Shown: positions 34,686 through 44,782 of the stretch, one piece after another | Position numbering within the stretch: the first letter of the stretch is position 1 | How the letters are laid out: every line of letters begins with the position of its first letter | Assembly: GCA_035527895.1 (NCBI GenBank) | Contig: DATKZQ010000199.1 | Coordinates: 944-64,943, forward strand | Origin: Desulfatiglandales bacterium | Lineage (GTDB): Bacteria > Desulfobacterota > DSM-4660 > Desulfatiglandales > B25-G16 | DNA: 64,000 nt | Direction: 5' to 3' | Notes under the pieces: model-generated | Database searches by the model: none | What the model was told of the DNA's origin: nothing | Seen by the model: only the letters and a program-made list of their open reading frames with translations | Made by a program: the position numbers and the translations under genes

Positions 34686-36281
34686 GTGTCCAAGAAATTG
34701 CAGTGGCGGGGAATCCTCGTTTTTGTAGTGGTTGCTATCGCACTGATCTACCTGACGCCATCCATCAGTAAAACACTGCCCACGTGGTGGCCCAATATAC
34801 TGCCCGAGGAGAAGATCCGTCTCGGACTCGATCTAAAAGGCGGAATGCACCTGATCCTTGAGGTTCAGGCACAGAAGGCGGTGGACAGCCATCTCGATCG
34901 GATGGTTGAAGACATGAAAATCGGCCTCAGGAAGTCCAAGATCAGGTATCAGGAATTAAAACGAGGCGGCCCCGACAGGATTGCCCTCACCTTGCTGCGG
35001 CCTGAAGACAAAAAGGCAGCGGAATCAATGGTTGAAAAGGGCTTTTCCGACTTCATCGTGAAATCCGGGCCATTAGGAGGAGGTACCTTTACCTTGGAAT
35101 TGGTCCTTTCCGAACAGGCCCAGCAACATATCAAAAAGATGGCGGTAGATCAGGCGGTGGAAACCATTACCAACCGCATTGACCAGTTTGGCGTGGCCGA
35201 ACCAGATATCCGGCCGCAGGGTAGGGAGAGGATCCTGGTTCAGCTGCCAGGCATAAAGGACCCGAAGCGGGCTATCGACATTATTGGAAAAACAGCCCTT
35301 TTGGAGTTCAAGCTCGTAGATGAGGAAAACAGCCTGGAGGAGGCATTACGGGGAAACATGCCCCCTGGAGATGAGGTCCTTTACCAGATTACCGGCGAAC
35401 CGGGCAACCAAAAAAAGATCCCCTACCTGTTGAAGAGGCGGGCTGTTTTGACCGGAGAATATCTGACGGACGCCAGGGTTCAGATAGACACACAATATAA
35501 TGAGCCGTATGTCTCACTGTCGTTCGATTCTCGCGGCGCGCGGCTCTTTGAACAGATAACGGGGGCGAATATAAAGAAGCGACTGGCTATTGTGCTGGAC
35601 AATATGGTCAACAGCGCGCCTGTTATCCAGGATAGGATTGCAGGCGGAAGGGCTCAGATAACCGGCCGGTTCACCATGGAGGAGGCCAGGGATCTGGCCA
35701 TCGTCTTGAGGGCCGGTGCCCTGCCGGCGCCCGTCAAGATCATTGAAGAACGCACAGTCGGCCCCTCTCTGGGAAGGGACTCTATCGAGAAAGGGCTCAA
35801 GTCCATGATCATTGGTGGCCTGATCGTGATCCTCTTTATGGGCATCTACTACAAATTTGCAGGGGTACTGGCCGATTTGGCCCTCTTTTTGAATATCATC
35901 TTTATCGCCGCAGGCCTGGCATTCTTCGGCGCCACCCTTACCTTGCCGGGAATAGCAGGCGTTATTCTGATTATCGGTATGGCCGTCGATGCCAACGTAC
36001 TTATCTTCGAAAGGATACGGGAAGAGCTGCGATTAGGCAAGACGCCGCGGGCAGCAGTTGACGGCGGTTACAGCAAGGCGCTGGTGACCATCCTCGATGC
36101 CAACATCACTACCCTCATAGCTGCCCTGGTTCTCTTCCAGTTTGGAACGGGCGCTGTCAAGGGCTTTGCCGTAACCTTGAGTATCGGTATTATTGCCAGC
36201 CTTTTTACGGCCATATTTATCACCCGACTTATCTTCGACTATCTCATCATCGAACGGGGCATGAAAAAAATCAGCATTTAA
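34686..36281 (+). CDS. secD: Protein translocase subunit SecD
   Basis: LGLDLKGG, a large periplasmic loop, and C-terminal 6-TM region with GIAGVILIIGMAVDANVLIFERIREE. Confidence 0.9.
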   Translation: MSKKLQWRGILVFVVVAIALIYLTPSISKTLPTWWPNILPEEKIRLGLDLKGGMHLILEVQAQKAVDSHLDRMVEDMKIGLRKSKIRYQELKRGGPDRIALTLLRPEDKKAAESMVEKGFSDFIVKSGPLGGGTFTLELVLSEQAQQHIKKMAVDQAVETITNRIDQFGVAEPDIRPQGRERILVQLPGIKDPKRAIDIIGKTALLEFKLVDEENSLEEALRGNMPPGDEVLYQITGEPGNQKKIPYLLKRRAVLTGEYLTDARVQIDTQYNEPYVSLSFDSRGARLFEQITGANIKKRLAIVLDNMVNSAPVIQDRIAGGRAQITGRFTMEEARDLAIVLRAGALPAPVKIIEERTVGPSLGRDSIEKGLKSMIIGGLIVILFMGIYYKFAGVLADLALFLNIIFIAAGLAFFGATLTLPGIAGVILIIGMAVDANVLIFERIREELRLGKTPRAAVDGGYSKALVTILDANITTLIAALVLFQFGTGAVKGFAVTLSIGIIASLFTAIFITRLIFDYLIIERGMKKISI

Positions 36282-36296
36282 CGGAAAGAGCGTACT

Positions 36297-37376
36297 ATGC
36301 AATTCATTAAACCTGGCATCAACATTGATTTCATTGGGCGACGGAGGAAGGCTTTTTTCCTTTCTGGCAGCTTGATCTTGCTCACGATCATCCTCTTGCT
36401 CCTTCGGGGCGGACCTAATTATGGTGTGGATTTTGCCGGCGGCATACTGATTCAAGTACGCTTCAGTCAACCTACAGCACCAAACGCAATCCGTGACGCC
36501 CTAACATCAGTTGCGCTCGAAGGGAGCACCATCCAGGAGTTCGGAGAAAAAGGAAAGTCCGAGTACTTGATACGGGTGAACCAGGCCGATGTTGACCTGA
36601 GTGTCCTCTCCCGACAGGTGGAAGAATCCTTGCATTCCGTTTTCGGTGAAACCAATGTGGAACTCAGAAGGGTGGAGATGGTGGGGCCCAAGATCGGCAA
36701 AGACCTAAGAGAAAAGGCCCTCTTTGCCATCTTCTATGCGCTCCTTTTCATGGTTATCTATATCTCGGGCAGGTTCGAATACAAGTGGTTCATGAGTATT
36801 ATCATGGCAGCGTGTCTTGCCTTTGCAGTCTATACCATGTCTCTGCTTGGAATGAGTGTTATTTGGCTTATTGTTGTCGCCCTTCTCATTACCATTGGGC
36901 TCTGCTGGTTTTTGCGCCTGGAATATGCACTTGGTGCAATTATCGCGCTCTTTCACGACGTCATCATAACCCTGGGGGCCTTTGCCCTTACGAACCGGGA
37001 GATTGACTTACCTGTTGTAGCAGCTTTCCTTACTATCGTGGGCTACTCCCTGAATGATACCATTGTGGTATTCGATAGAATCAGAGAAAACTACCGACGC
37101 TACCGGCGCCGCGATTTTTCCGAGCTGATTAACCAGAGCATCAATGAGACCCTGAGCCGAACCCTTCTGACCTCCGTAACCACCCTCATTGTAGTGGCAG
37201 CTCTTTTCATCCTGGGCGGTGGTGTTATTCATGATTTCGCCTTTGCCCTCCTCGTCGGTATCATTGTCGGCACCTATTCCTCCATTTTCGTAGCAAGCCC
37301 CATTCTCCTTATGTGGAGCGGCCAGCCGGGAAAAGCGGGCACGGGCAGCCTAAAGAGACGAGGGAAAGGAAGCTAA
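36297..37376 (+). CDS. secF: Protein translocase subunit SecF
   Basis: NYGVDFAGG, and [17 protein letters not shown] in the TM domain. Confidence 0.9.
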   Translation: MQFIKPGINIDFIGRRRKAFFLSGSLILLTIILLLLRGGPNYGVDFAGGILIQVRFSQPTAPNAIRDALTSVALEGSTIQEFGEKGKSEYLIRVNQADVDLSVLSRQVEESLHSVFGETNVELRRVEMVGPKIGKDLREKALFAIFYALLFMVIYISGRFEYKWFMSIIMAACLAFAVYTMSLLGMSVIWLIVVALLITIGLCWFLRLEYALGAIIALFHDVIITLGAFALTNREIDLPVVAAFLTIVGYSLNDTIVVFDRIRENYRRYRRRDFSELINQSINETLSRTLLTSVTTLIVVAALFILGGGVIHDFAFALLVGIIVGTYSSIFVASPILLMWSGQPGKAGTGSLKRRGKGS

Positions 37377-39218
37377 TTGGCTGGAGAGAGACTGTCACGC
37401 CGAGAGAAGCGGAAACAAACGAGACGGACTATCGCTTTACTCCTCATTCTCTTGCTGTTCGTCCTTCTCTACCTTTCCATTGGCGGACTGGGAAGCGACT
37501 ATCTCAAGGTCTCACTCAAGGGCCTCCTTAATCCAGTCCCTGCGTTCAACTGCCTGTTAGTAGAACACAACGGAGAGAGAAAAGCGCTCACATCAGGCAA
37601 GACGCTTCAAGCTAATCCTTACGATACCCTCAAGCTCGTGAAGATCGACACCTCAATTCCTTTTAATCGGCATATAAGGCTCTTTTGTCAGGGTTTAGAC
37701 GTGTATGCCTTTCGAGATGAGATAGTCATCGCAAAACTGCTACCCGGTGAAGAACCTTTCCACCATTATAACTTCGTTATAGAAATCAAGTATAAGAATG
37801 ATAGTCTTGGCCACGTGGCTCTGACCGTCTCTCCTTCGCTAGACGATTGGCTGATGCAGGCAGACAAGATGATAGATCCTCAGAAAAGGATAACCTTTTT
37901 GAACAAAGCTGTTAAAGAGACAGGGGGTAATCTCCAGATCAAGATGAGGTTGGCGGATGAATATCTGGCGCTCAAGATATGGAACGAAGCGGCGCGTACC
38001 ATCGAGGATGTTATCAAAGAAAGAAAGGATGTGAGCCTTATGATAAGGCTTGCTGATGCTTACGAGAACCTACGCTATTACAACTCCCTCATCAGGACAT
38101 TGCAAAAGATCCTCGTGCAAGCGCCTGAGAACCTCGACGCGCGACTTCGCCTCGCCGAGGTTCTCGAAAAAAAGGGAAGGCTCAATGAGGCCGTTAAGCA
38201 ATATGAAATACTTTTGCCAAACCTTTCGCAGGCTGAACAAATCGTGGCCCTGAAGAATATGGGATACCTGTCATATCAGAGCGGCCAGAAAAAAGAGGCC
38301 CTCAAATGGTACCTCGAAGCAGCCAAACATGACAAAAACGACCCAAACCTCTATTACAATATCGGCTCTATCTACGATGAGCTCAAGCAGCCAAAGGAGG
38401 CTGAAGAATACCTGCGTCTGGCCATCAACCTGAAACAGGACGACATCGAAGGGAGGCTCAGGCTCGGACAGTCGCTGTTCAAAAAAGGAAAATTCGCAGA
38501 GGCCAAGGGGTACCTGCAGGAGGTTCTCACAAAAGACCCGGACCACCCTGAGGCCCTCACTATTTTGGCTCACATAGCTGAAAAGCAGGGCGACAAGAAA
38601 ACCTTGGGAGAGGTCTATGAAAGGATTCTGTCTCGTGAGCCCAAGAATACCACGATCCTCTTTAACCTCGGAGTTATGGAGGCGGAAAAAGGAAACCTGC
38701 AAAAGGCCCTCTCCTATTTCGAGAAACTGGTTGAGATCGATCCGAAAGACGTGCAGACAAGGGAATCGCTGTTCGATATCTATCAGAGACAGAAAAGGAA
38801 GGATCTTGCCTTTATTCAAGCAGAGCAGTTGGTCAAACTCGATCCGAAGAAGGTTTCTTACTATGGGTACATGTTCAACTATCTGCTGGATCAGTCTAAG
38901 TTTGATCAAGCGGCTCAATACATGAGCGCCGGTGTAAAGGCCAATCCCGAGAATCTGGAGCTACGAAAAAACCTCATCCTGGCCTACCTTAAACTGGGAA
39001 AAAATGACCTGGCAGCAAAGGAACTGGAAAAGGCCGTCACATTGAGGCCTTCAGACACAGATCTCCTGCACCAACTCGCTACCCTCAAAGAGGCCGCAGG
39101 CGATCTTGAGGCAGCTTTCGACTTATACAAGAAGATCCTCACCATATCCCCAGACGACGAAAAGGCCGAAGAGGCCTATCTCAAGCTGAGGTTTGAGCTC
39201 TTGAATAAGCGGAAATAG
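37377..39218 (+). CDS. Membrane-anchored tetratricopeptide-repeat protein
   Basis: TTG start directly after the secF stop. An N-terminal signal-anchor is followed by many TPR-like units (A...Y...AL...P.N). Confidence 0.7.
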   Translation: MAGERLSRREKRKQTRRTIALLLILLLFVLLYLSIGGLGSDYLKVSLKGLLNPVPAFNCLLVEHNGERKALTSGKTLQANPYDTLKLVKIDTSIPFNRHIRLFCQGLDVYAFRDEIVIAKLLPGEEPFHHYNFVIEIKYKNDSLGHVALTVSPSLDDWLMQADKMIDPQKRITFLNKAVKETGGNLQIKMRLADEYLALKIWNEAARTIEDVIKERKDVSLMIRLADAYENLRYYNSLIRTLQKILVQAPENLDARLRLAEVLEKKGRLNEAVKQYEILLPNLSQAEQIVALKNMGYLSYQSGQKKEALKWYLEAAKHDKNDPNLYYNIGSIYDELKQPKEAEEYLRLAINLKQDDIEGRLRLGQSLFKKGKFAEAKGYLQEVLTKDPDHPEALTILAHIAEKQGDKKTLGEVYERILSREPKNTTILFNLGVMEAEKGNLQKALSYFEKLVEIDPKDVQTRESLFDIYQRQKRKDLAFIQAEQLVKLDPKKVSYYGYMFNYLLDQSKFDQAAQYMSAGVKANPENLELRKNLILAYLKLGKNDLAAKELEKAVTLRPSDTDLLHQLATLKEAAGDLEAAFDLYKKILTISPDDEKAEEAYLKLRFELLNKRK

Positions 39219-39431
39219 GCTCGCTTACCCCTCCTCAGCTCCCCCCCGTTCCCCTCCATGCAATTTCAGCGGCATACCCAATACCTACTATGTCCATGAT
39301 TGGACATGATGCTTCGGTGTCTCATATCTCCCGAAGATGTGGTTTTTCAGCGCTCCAGGGAATCCGAAAACGGCGAGGATACCATTTAATTGAGTTGCAG
39401 GAAGCCGCCGTGCTAGGGCCGATGAATGGGC

Positions 39432-39447
39432 CGGTCCGAAAATTGCA
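39432..39447 (+). promoter_or_regulatory. Possible sigma-54 -24/-12 element
   Basis: CGGTCC-gaaaa-TTGCA has GG and GC at the canonical 12-nt offset. It lies about 100 nt upstream of the ATG at 39548, and only part of the -24 box matches. Confidence 0.2.
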
Positions 39448-39547
39448 TAACTGGTTGAGAATTGAACCAGAATATTGTATGTATAGTGTCGTAGCTTTAC
39501 CTTGTTCAAATAACACCTAATACAAGAGGATACCCCGGGAAATTCTC

Positions 39548-41068
39548 ATGGCGTCTTTTATCACCCTCAAAGGTATAGACCAGGCCATATCAAATCTCAA
39601 CTACCAAAACAAGAAATCACTGAAATACAGGCTTGTTACCGTCTTGCGGCAGTTTTACGAGGATGAAAGCTCAGTTGAATCCTTGCGGGGTATAGACGCC
39701 GATGAGCTCATCAAGGTGCTCTGGGGCACCGCGGATGATCCTGCAACAACAAAGGAAAAACGAAAGAACCTGAGGGGGATCAGATACTCTGTCAACGCCG
39801 GCCTAAAAACCCTTTATAGGGAAGGAAAGAACCCTGAGGGCATTATTATCGGGCCCACCAATGCCTTTGTGATGTCTGATGAGGCCAAAGACAGGGCCCT
39901 TAAGGCCTTGCTGGCGGACAAGATCAGTGCAGAAGGGCCAAATGCCGCTGGCGCGGGGCTCAATTACGGATTCCTGGGAGGGGACGCCGGGCCTAGCGAG
40001 GAGTTGATGAGAGATGAGGACATTCTCCAGGCCATTGAGGAGTTGGATGAAGACTACCCCGTAGGGGGTCTTGAAAAGGTAGAGATAGGTGACGACCTGG
40101 GGGAACGCACACTGGACGAAGACTTGGAAGAGATTGAAAGACCTCAGGAAGTGCAAGCCACGGGCAGGCCTCGTGGAGCCACAGAAAGAGCAGAATCAGA
40201 AGCTGAACAGGCCAGGGCGTTTGCCGAAGAAATGGAGAACGAGGAAGACCTGGGAGAAATCACCTTTGGTTCTGATGAAACCCAGTATCTCAGCGTTCAA
40301 GAGGATGGGGCATTGCCTCGGGATCCCCCTGAAGTTGACGCAGCAGGAGGAATCACAGGTTCAGAAGACACCATGGACGATGGGCGGGCACCATTGGAAC
40401 GGCCTGATGTCATGAGTACGGCCGATTCAGAGGAGAAGTCGCTTCAGGAAGAGACCCAAGGAGTGGATGCGTGGAGCGAGCCTGTTCAAAGCAAGACCAA
40501 AGGTAAATCTGAAGACGTCGGGATTGTTCGAATTGCTCGAGAAACAAGGCAACAGGAAGACCTGGGAGAGATCACCTTTGATTCTGATGAAACCCAGTAT
40601 CTGACTGTTCCCGATGGTGAAGCAATACCCGCAGATCTCGCTGAAGGTGACACAGCAGGAGGAATCACAGGTTCAGAAGACACCATGGACGATGGGCGGG
40701 CACCATTGGAACGGCCTGATTTCATGAGTACGGCCGATTCAGAGGAGAAGGCTGCTCGGCAAGAATACCCGGAAACCGATGCGCGGACAGGGGCATCCGG
40801 AAAGGTGGCAAAGAAAAAGGGATCTGCTTATGTTCCAAGACCTGGCAAAAAAGGTAAGCAGACTCTGAAACAGATGGAAGACGCCCTTGCTGAGAGACCC
40901 GATGATATCGATTTGCTCCGGCAGCTGGCTCAAGCCAGGGAAAGCTCAGGCGATCTGCAGACAGCCTTAAGCCTCTTTCAGAAGATCATTGACCTCTCCC
41001 CAGGAGAGGAGTCGGCGGAGGAAGCCTGTCTAAGGCTCAGCCTGAAACTACTGGATAAGAAACAGTAA
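39548..41068 (+). CDS. Acidic repeat-containing protein with a TPR-like C-terminal tail paralogous to that of 37377..39218
   Basis: Contains two 65-aa repeats. The C-terminus DLLRQLAQARESSGDLQTALSLFQKIIDLSPGEESAEEACLRLSLKLL aligns with DLLHQLATLKEAAGDLEAAFDLYKKILTISPDDEKAEEAYLKLRFELL. Confidence 0.65.
   Translation: MASFITLKGIDQAISNLNYQNKKSLKYRLVTVLRQFYEDESSVESLRGIDADELIKVLWGTADDPATTKEKRKNLRGIRYSVNAGLKTLYREGKNPEGIIIGPTNAFVMSDEAKDRALKALLADKISAEGPNAAGAGLNYGFLGGDAGPSEELMRDEDILQAIEELDEDYPVGGLEKVEIGDDLGERTLDEDLEEIERPQEVQATGRPRGATERAESEAEQARAFAEEMENEEDLGEITFGSDETQYLSVQEDGALPRDPPEVDAAGGITGSEDTMDDGRAPLERPDVMSTADSEEKSLQEETQGVDAWSEPVQSKTKGKSEDVGIVRIARETRQQEDLGEITFDSDETQYLTVPDGEAIPADLAEGDTAGGITGSEDTMDDGRAPLERPDFMSTADSEEKAARQEYPETDARTGASGKVAKKKGSAYVPRPGKKGKQTLKQMEDALAERPDDIDLLRQLAQARESSGDLQTALSLFQKIIDLSPGEESAEEACLRLSLKLLDKKQ
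40244..40750 (+). repeat. Two 195-bp in-frame direct repeats (40244-40438 and 40556-40750)
   Basis: EDLGEITF(G/D)SDETQYL...AGGITGSEDTMDDGRAPLERPD(V/F)MSTADSEEK occurs twice. The last ~97 nt are identical apart from 1 mismatch. Confidence 0.85.
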
Positions 41069-41447
41069 AATTCATATAACAGCGCTCATCTTAGCAAAAA
41101 GCGGTGAATCCGTTTGATGCGATTCTGCCAAGCTCCCTTCCCATGCATGGCACGCACCACAAGGCCTCATTCTTAATCCCCACCACTTTCACCGTTTTTA
41201 AATTGACTGAACCGCCTCCAACCACTATACCATGACCGTGCGGGATTACCCTGCGGCATGCGTGCGAGGAACCTGCCCTCTTATATGAACGTGAACAAAG
41301 CATTATCTCTCGTCAATCACATTTCGATAGCTTGCCGATGACATGGAAAATGGCTTTTGCGCTCCTTTTGGGGCTTAATACCGGCTACATGTTCTTGAAT
41401 ATTCCCCCGGCTCTCCTGCGTCTCGCGGTTCGGTCGCTGTGTCTTCC

Positions 41448-41894
41448 TTATTCTCTGGAAACGACAGCGATAACGTCTAACTCCACCAAGAACTCAGGTC
41501 TGGCAAGGGCGGCAGGTTGCATGAAGGTGCTGGCCGGCGGTTCATCAACGAGTCGAGGAGCGTGCTTCTGATAGTATTCTAGCTCTGTCTTCCGCATGAT
41601 CTGATAATCCTTCACGTCTTTGAGCAGGATAAGGGTCTTGATGATATTCTCCATGGAGCTGCCCACCTCCTCCAAGCCGGCTTTTACCTTATCCAGGCAC
41701 ACGATCATCTGATCCGCTATGGTGTCGGTCAGGCACGCGCCCGTCTTAGTATCCTGAGCGGTCATTCCCGACAAGAAGACTAGGTTGTCAACAACCACGG
41801 CTGAGGCGTATTTGGGGGTTCCCGGGTGCACATTTGGATACACCTGTTTTACACCGGCGATGTAGAACGGATAGTATTTAACTCGTTGGCTCAT
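41448..41894 (-). CDS. RidA/YjgF/L-PSP-family protein
   Basis: YASAVVVDNLVFLSGM...ENIIKTLILLKDV...VELDVIAV is the typical RidA fold pattern. Confidence 0.7.
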   Translation of the reverse strand: MSQRVKYYPFYIAGVKQVYPNVHPGTPKYASAVVVDNLVFLSGMTAQDTKTGACLTDTIADQMIVCLDKVKAGLEEVGSSMENIIKTLILLKDVKDYQIMRKTELEYYQKHAPRLVDEPPASTFMQPAALARPEFLVELDVIAVVSRE

Positions 41895-42289
41895 AGCTAT
41901 ACCTCCTGTTATATGTTTTATGGGTTACAGCCGTTAAGATAAAAACACCATAAGACGCTCTACCTCTCAGGTCCAGAGAAGGGACAGGCTTGTGGGACCT
42001 GCCTGCTTCCGGACTATGTGCCGAGGTGCACTCTGAAGAAAACAGGATCGAGAATCCCGATCCTCCTTACAGTTGACGTTTGACCAAGAGCTGTTCGGAA
42101 TTCCAGACGGAGACATCCCGGATGAAACGGTAGGTCTCATCCTATTGATGATAAGACAGCCACCCTTCCCTCTCAAAATAAAAGCACTGCGGGAAACAGT
42201 ACCCTGATCCGGTTCATCATTCTCCAATACTACGCGTAACGTGAGTTGCAATAATCACTATCTTCGTGGAGCCGTTTATGGGTGTCTTT

Positions 42290-42480
42290 ACTACGCTTGA
42301 TGAACCACCCTGCAGCAAGCTGCAGGGTATCCAATGTCAAAGTCCCCTCCCTTAATGGGAGGGGATAAAGGGGAGGGTGACCAAACACTTTATCACCCCC
42401 CCCTAACCTCCCCCATCAAGGGGGAGGCACTATGTCGTAACCCTGCGGCAAGCTGCAGGGAATTATCAAGTTGAAGCCCT
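42290..42480. repeat. Intergenic hairpin-module repeat, family A (copy 2)
   Basis: CCCTGCAGCAAGCTGCAGGG (42308-42327), CCCCTCCCTTAATGGGAGGGG, CACCCCCCCCTAACCTCCCCCATCAAGGGGGAGG (42394-42427), CCCTGCGGCAAGCTGCAGGG (42441-42460), ATCAAGTTGAAGC. A third fragment, CCCTGCAGTAAACTGCAGGG, is at 19868-19887. Confidence 0.75.
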
Positions 42481-42663
42481 CCGCCATGATCTTTCGGGGA
42501 GCCTGCCCTGAGTTCCCCGTTCAAAATCTTTTGCTGCTTTCAAAAATAGAGGTCGGTTAAAGAGATTCATCGATTTCAGCCTTAATACTTTAAAAAGTCT
42601 AAAAATTTCCAGCAAAACAAAAGAATATAGAGAAAATGAGCTCATCATGCTAAAAGAAAGGAG

Positions 42664-42692
42664 TTGACAGACATGGTGAATATCCATAATGA
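42664..42692 (+). promoter_or_regulatory. Sigma-70-like promoter with an overlapping AT palindrome (possible IclR operator)
   Basis: TTGACA-17 nt-TAATGA. The imperfect palindrome ATAATGATATCATATTAT overlaps the -10 element. Confidence 0.35.
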
Positions 42693-42721
42693 TATCATAT
42701 TATAATACCAAGTCTTGTATT

Positions 42722-43498
42722 ATGGAACAATCACCACAGAAAATCAACGCTATCCAAAAGGCCCTGGCAGTCCTTGCATCCTTTGCCCCTTACAACCAGG
42801 AGATGGGCACCGTTGAAATCAGCCAGAAGCTCGGCTTCCATAAAGCCACGGTCTCGCGAATCCTGCTTACCTTAACAAAGTGTGCCTTTCTCGAGCAGGA
42901 CCCCCAAACAAAGAAATTCAAGCTCGGAGCCTCTATTATGACGCTCGGGCTAGCGATTAACCATTCTCTCAAAACCAATCTGGTCCAAATGGCCAGACCA
43001 TACATTGATGAGCTGAGAGATACCCTTAAAGAGACTACCGTGTTGGAAGTGCTTTCCGGAAAGAGCACCTTTATCGCTTATGTCGCCGAAGGGCCCCAAC
43101 GGGTGCGTATAGCAGGCACCGTTGGAGACAGACTGCCGGTCCATTGTGCAGCTGGGGCCAAGGCCATACTCGCTTTCTCAGCGCGTGAGGTGAGGGACGA
43201 CCTCCTAAGCCAGGCAATGCCGCGCCTGACACCCAACACCATCACACATCCAAAAGAGCTTCGACGTCAGTTGGAACTCTTTCGGAGCCAAGGTTTTTCG
43301 TTTGAGAATGAGGAGATTGACATCGGCATGAGCGCTGTTGGAGCACCGGTATTTAACCACGAAAAAAGGCCGGTGGCTGCTGTGGTGGTAGCGGGACCCT
43401 CCCAGCGGATGACGTGGGCGAGTGATTCGCCCATTGTCCCTCCCTTGAGGGAGACGGCTGCTAAGATCACAGCGCAACTTTATTATGACGTACAATAA
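42722..43498 (+). CDS. IclR-family transcriptional regulator
   Basis: N-terminal wHTH (ALAVLASF...MGTVEISQKLGFHKATVSRIL) and a C-terminal IclR effector domain. Start chosen at MEQSPQK. Confidence 0.8.
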   Translation: MEQSPQKINAIQKALAVLASFAPYNQEMGTVEISQKLGFHKATVSRILLTLTKCAFLEQDPQTKKFKLGASIMTLGLAINHSLKTNLVQMARPYIDELRDTLKETTVLEVLSGKSTFIAYVAEGPQRVRIAGTVGDRLPVHCAAGAKAILAFSAREVRDDLLSQAMPRLTPNTITHPKELRRQLELFRSQGFSFENEEIDIGMSAVGAPVFNHEKRPVAAVVVAGPSQRMTWASDSPIVPPLRETAAKITAQLYYDVQ

Positions 43499-43513
43499 AT
43501 AAGGAGGAATGGC

Positions 43514-44296
43514 ATGAATTCAAAGGAAAACGGGTTGGAGTTCTATGACCTCAGCAATGAGTTCGGGGACAAGGCCCCTCTGTGGCCTTACTTCGAAGAC
43601 GTAAAGATCGAACGCGTCCATTATCATGCAAAGTCGCGAGTGCTTTCTCAGAAGATTACCACGGTCATGCACTGCACCACTCACACCGACGCCCCTGCTC
43701 ACGTTGTTGAGGGGACCCCCTTTATCGATGAGGTTCCATTGTCGTCGTTTTTTGGCAAGGCAGTTATCGTCTCTATTCCTAAGCAGAAATGGGAGATCAT
43801 CACGCCTGATGATCTGGAAAAGGCCGAGCCCAAGATTCAGAAGGGAGACATCGTCATCGTGAATACCGGTTGGCATAAGTACTACTCAGATAGCCAAAAG
43901 TATTTCTGTTACTCTCCCGGATTCTACAAGGAGGCCGGTGACTGGTTTGTCAAAAAAGGCGTCAAGGGTGTTGGAAGCGACACCCAGGCCTTGGACCATC
44001 CATTGGGCACGGCCATAGGCCCTCATGGAACGGGGCCCCTTCAGCCGTGGATCCTTGAAGAATATAAGAAAGAGACCGGCCACGAGGTGATAGAAGATTT
44101 CCCACTTTGGGAACCTAATCACCGAGCCATCCTCTCAAACGGTATCGTCGGATTCGAGAACGTGGGAGGGGAGATCGATGAGGTTACGGGCAAGCGGGTA
44201 ACCCTGGCTGCCTTTCCATGGCGCTGGGTGAAAGGAGATGGCTGTATTGTCAGAATGGTCGCCATCGTGGATACAACGGGCAAGTATCGCCTATAA
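43514..44296 (+). CDS. Cyclase-family (kynurenine-formamidase-like) metal hydrolase; candidate dihydrophloroglucinol cyclohydrolase
   Basis: HCTTHTDAPAH matches the H-x-G-T-H-x-D-x-P-x-H cyclase-family motif. The functional assignment rests on context only. Confidence 0.65.
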   Translation: MNSKENGLEFYDLSNEFGDKAPLWPYFEDVKIERVHYHAKSRVLSQKITTVMHCTTHTDAPAHVVEGTPFIDEVPLSSFFGKAVIVSIPKQKWEIITPDDLEKAEPKIQKGDIVIVNTGWHKYYSDSQKYFCYSPGFYKEAGDWFVKKGVKGVGSDTQALDHPLGTAIGPHGTGPLQPWILEEYKKETGHEVIEDFPLWEPNHRAILSNGIVGFENVGGEIDEVTGKRVTLAAFPWRWVKGDGCIVRMVAIVDTTGKYRL

Positions 44297-44313
44297 CTTA
44301 CAGGAGGGTCATC

Positions 44314-44664
44314 ATGAAAGTTACGAGATTTAGCGAGTGCAAGAAGTATAGCCCGCCGCAACACGACATAACCATACACTCCATGCATTTACAACACAGG
44401 GACATGGGGTGCACTGCCCCTTATTGGGTTGGTTGTTCATACTATCTCCCCGGGTCTCGTGCCGAAATGTCGGCGACGCCTCTGGAGAAGGTTTACGTTG
44501 TGCTGGATGGAGAACTGACCATTGAATTTGAGGGTGGTGAGATCGTGAAGCTCGGGAAAATGGACTCTATATTCATCGATAAAGACGAAACGCGTGAGGT
44601 CCGAAACGAAACCAATGCAGTGGCAACCATGCTGGTGGCGATGCCCTACCCACCTGCAAAATAG
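44314..44664 (+). CDS. Cupin-domain protein
   Basis: Start at MKVTRF after an AGGAGG RBS. Cupin_2-like VYVVLDGELTIEFEGGE...DSIFIDKDETREVRN. Confidence 0.6.
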   Translation: MKVTRFSECKKYSPPQHDITIHSMHLQHRDMGCTAPYWVGCSYYLPGSRAEMSATPLEKVYVVLDGELTIEFEGGEIVKLGKMDSIFIDKDETREVRNETNAVATMLVAMPYPPAK

Positions 44665-44782
44665 AGTATGCACCCGTAACTCACTTCGGAAAGCAGGGGC
44701 ATCATGCCCTGCCCTTCAGCACTATGGGGTTATCAACCCATAGTGCTGACAGAACACACAATCATTGAGAGAGGATAGAGCC

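Noticed and set aside
38271-38918. 215-aa minus-strand ORF
   Set aside because: Antisense to the TPR protein gene. The Leu/Phe-rich translation mirrors the Lys/Glu-rich TPR codons.
39219-39547. Three overlapping 64-76-aa ORFs, or a 6S-like/other small RNA, in the 330-bp gap
   Set aside because: The ORFs overlap each other on both strands with no motifs. I saw local hairpins (GGCC...GGCC, CTGGTT...AACCAG) but nothing matching a known RNA family by eye. Only a weak sigma-54-like element is reported.
41069-42688. Small ORFs 41091..41303, 41332..41571, 41967..42251 and 42466..42687
   Set aside because: They overlap the RidA gene end or the repeat family A copy, lack RBSs and have biased compositions. 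Treated as non-coding.
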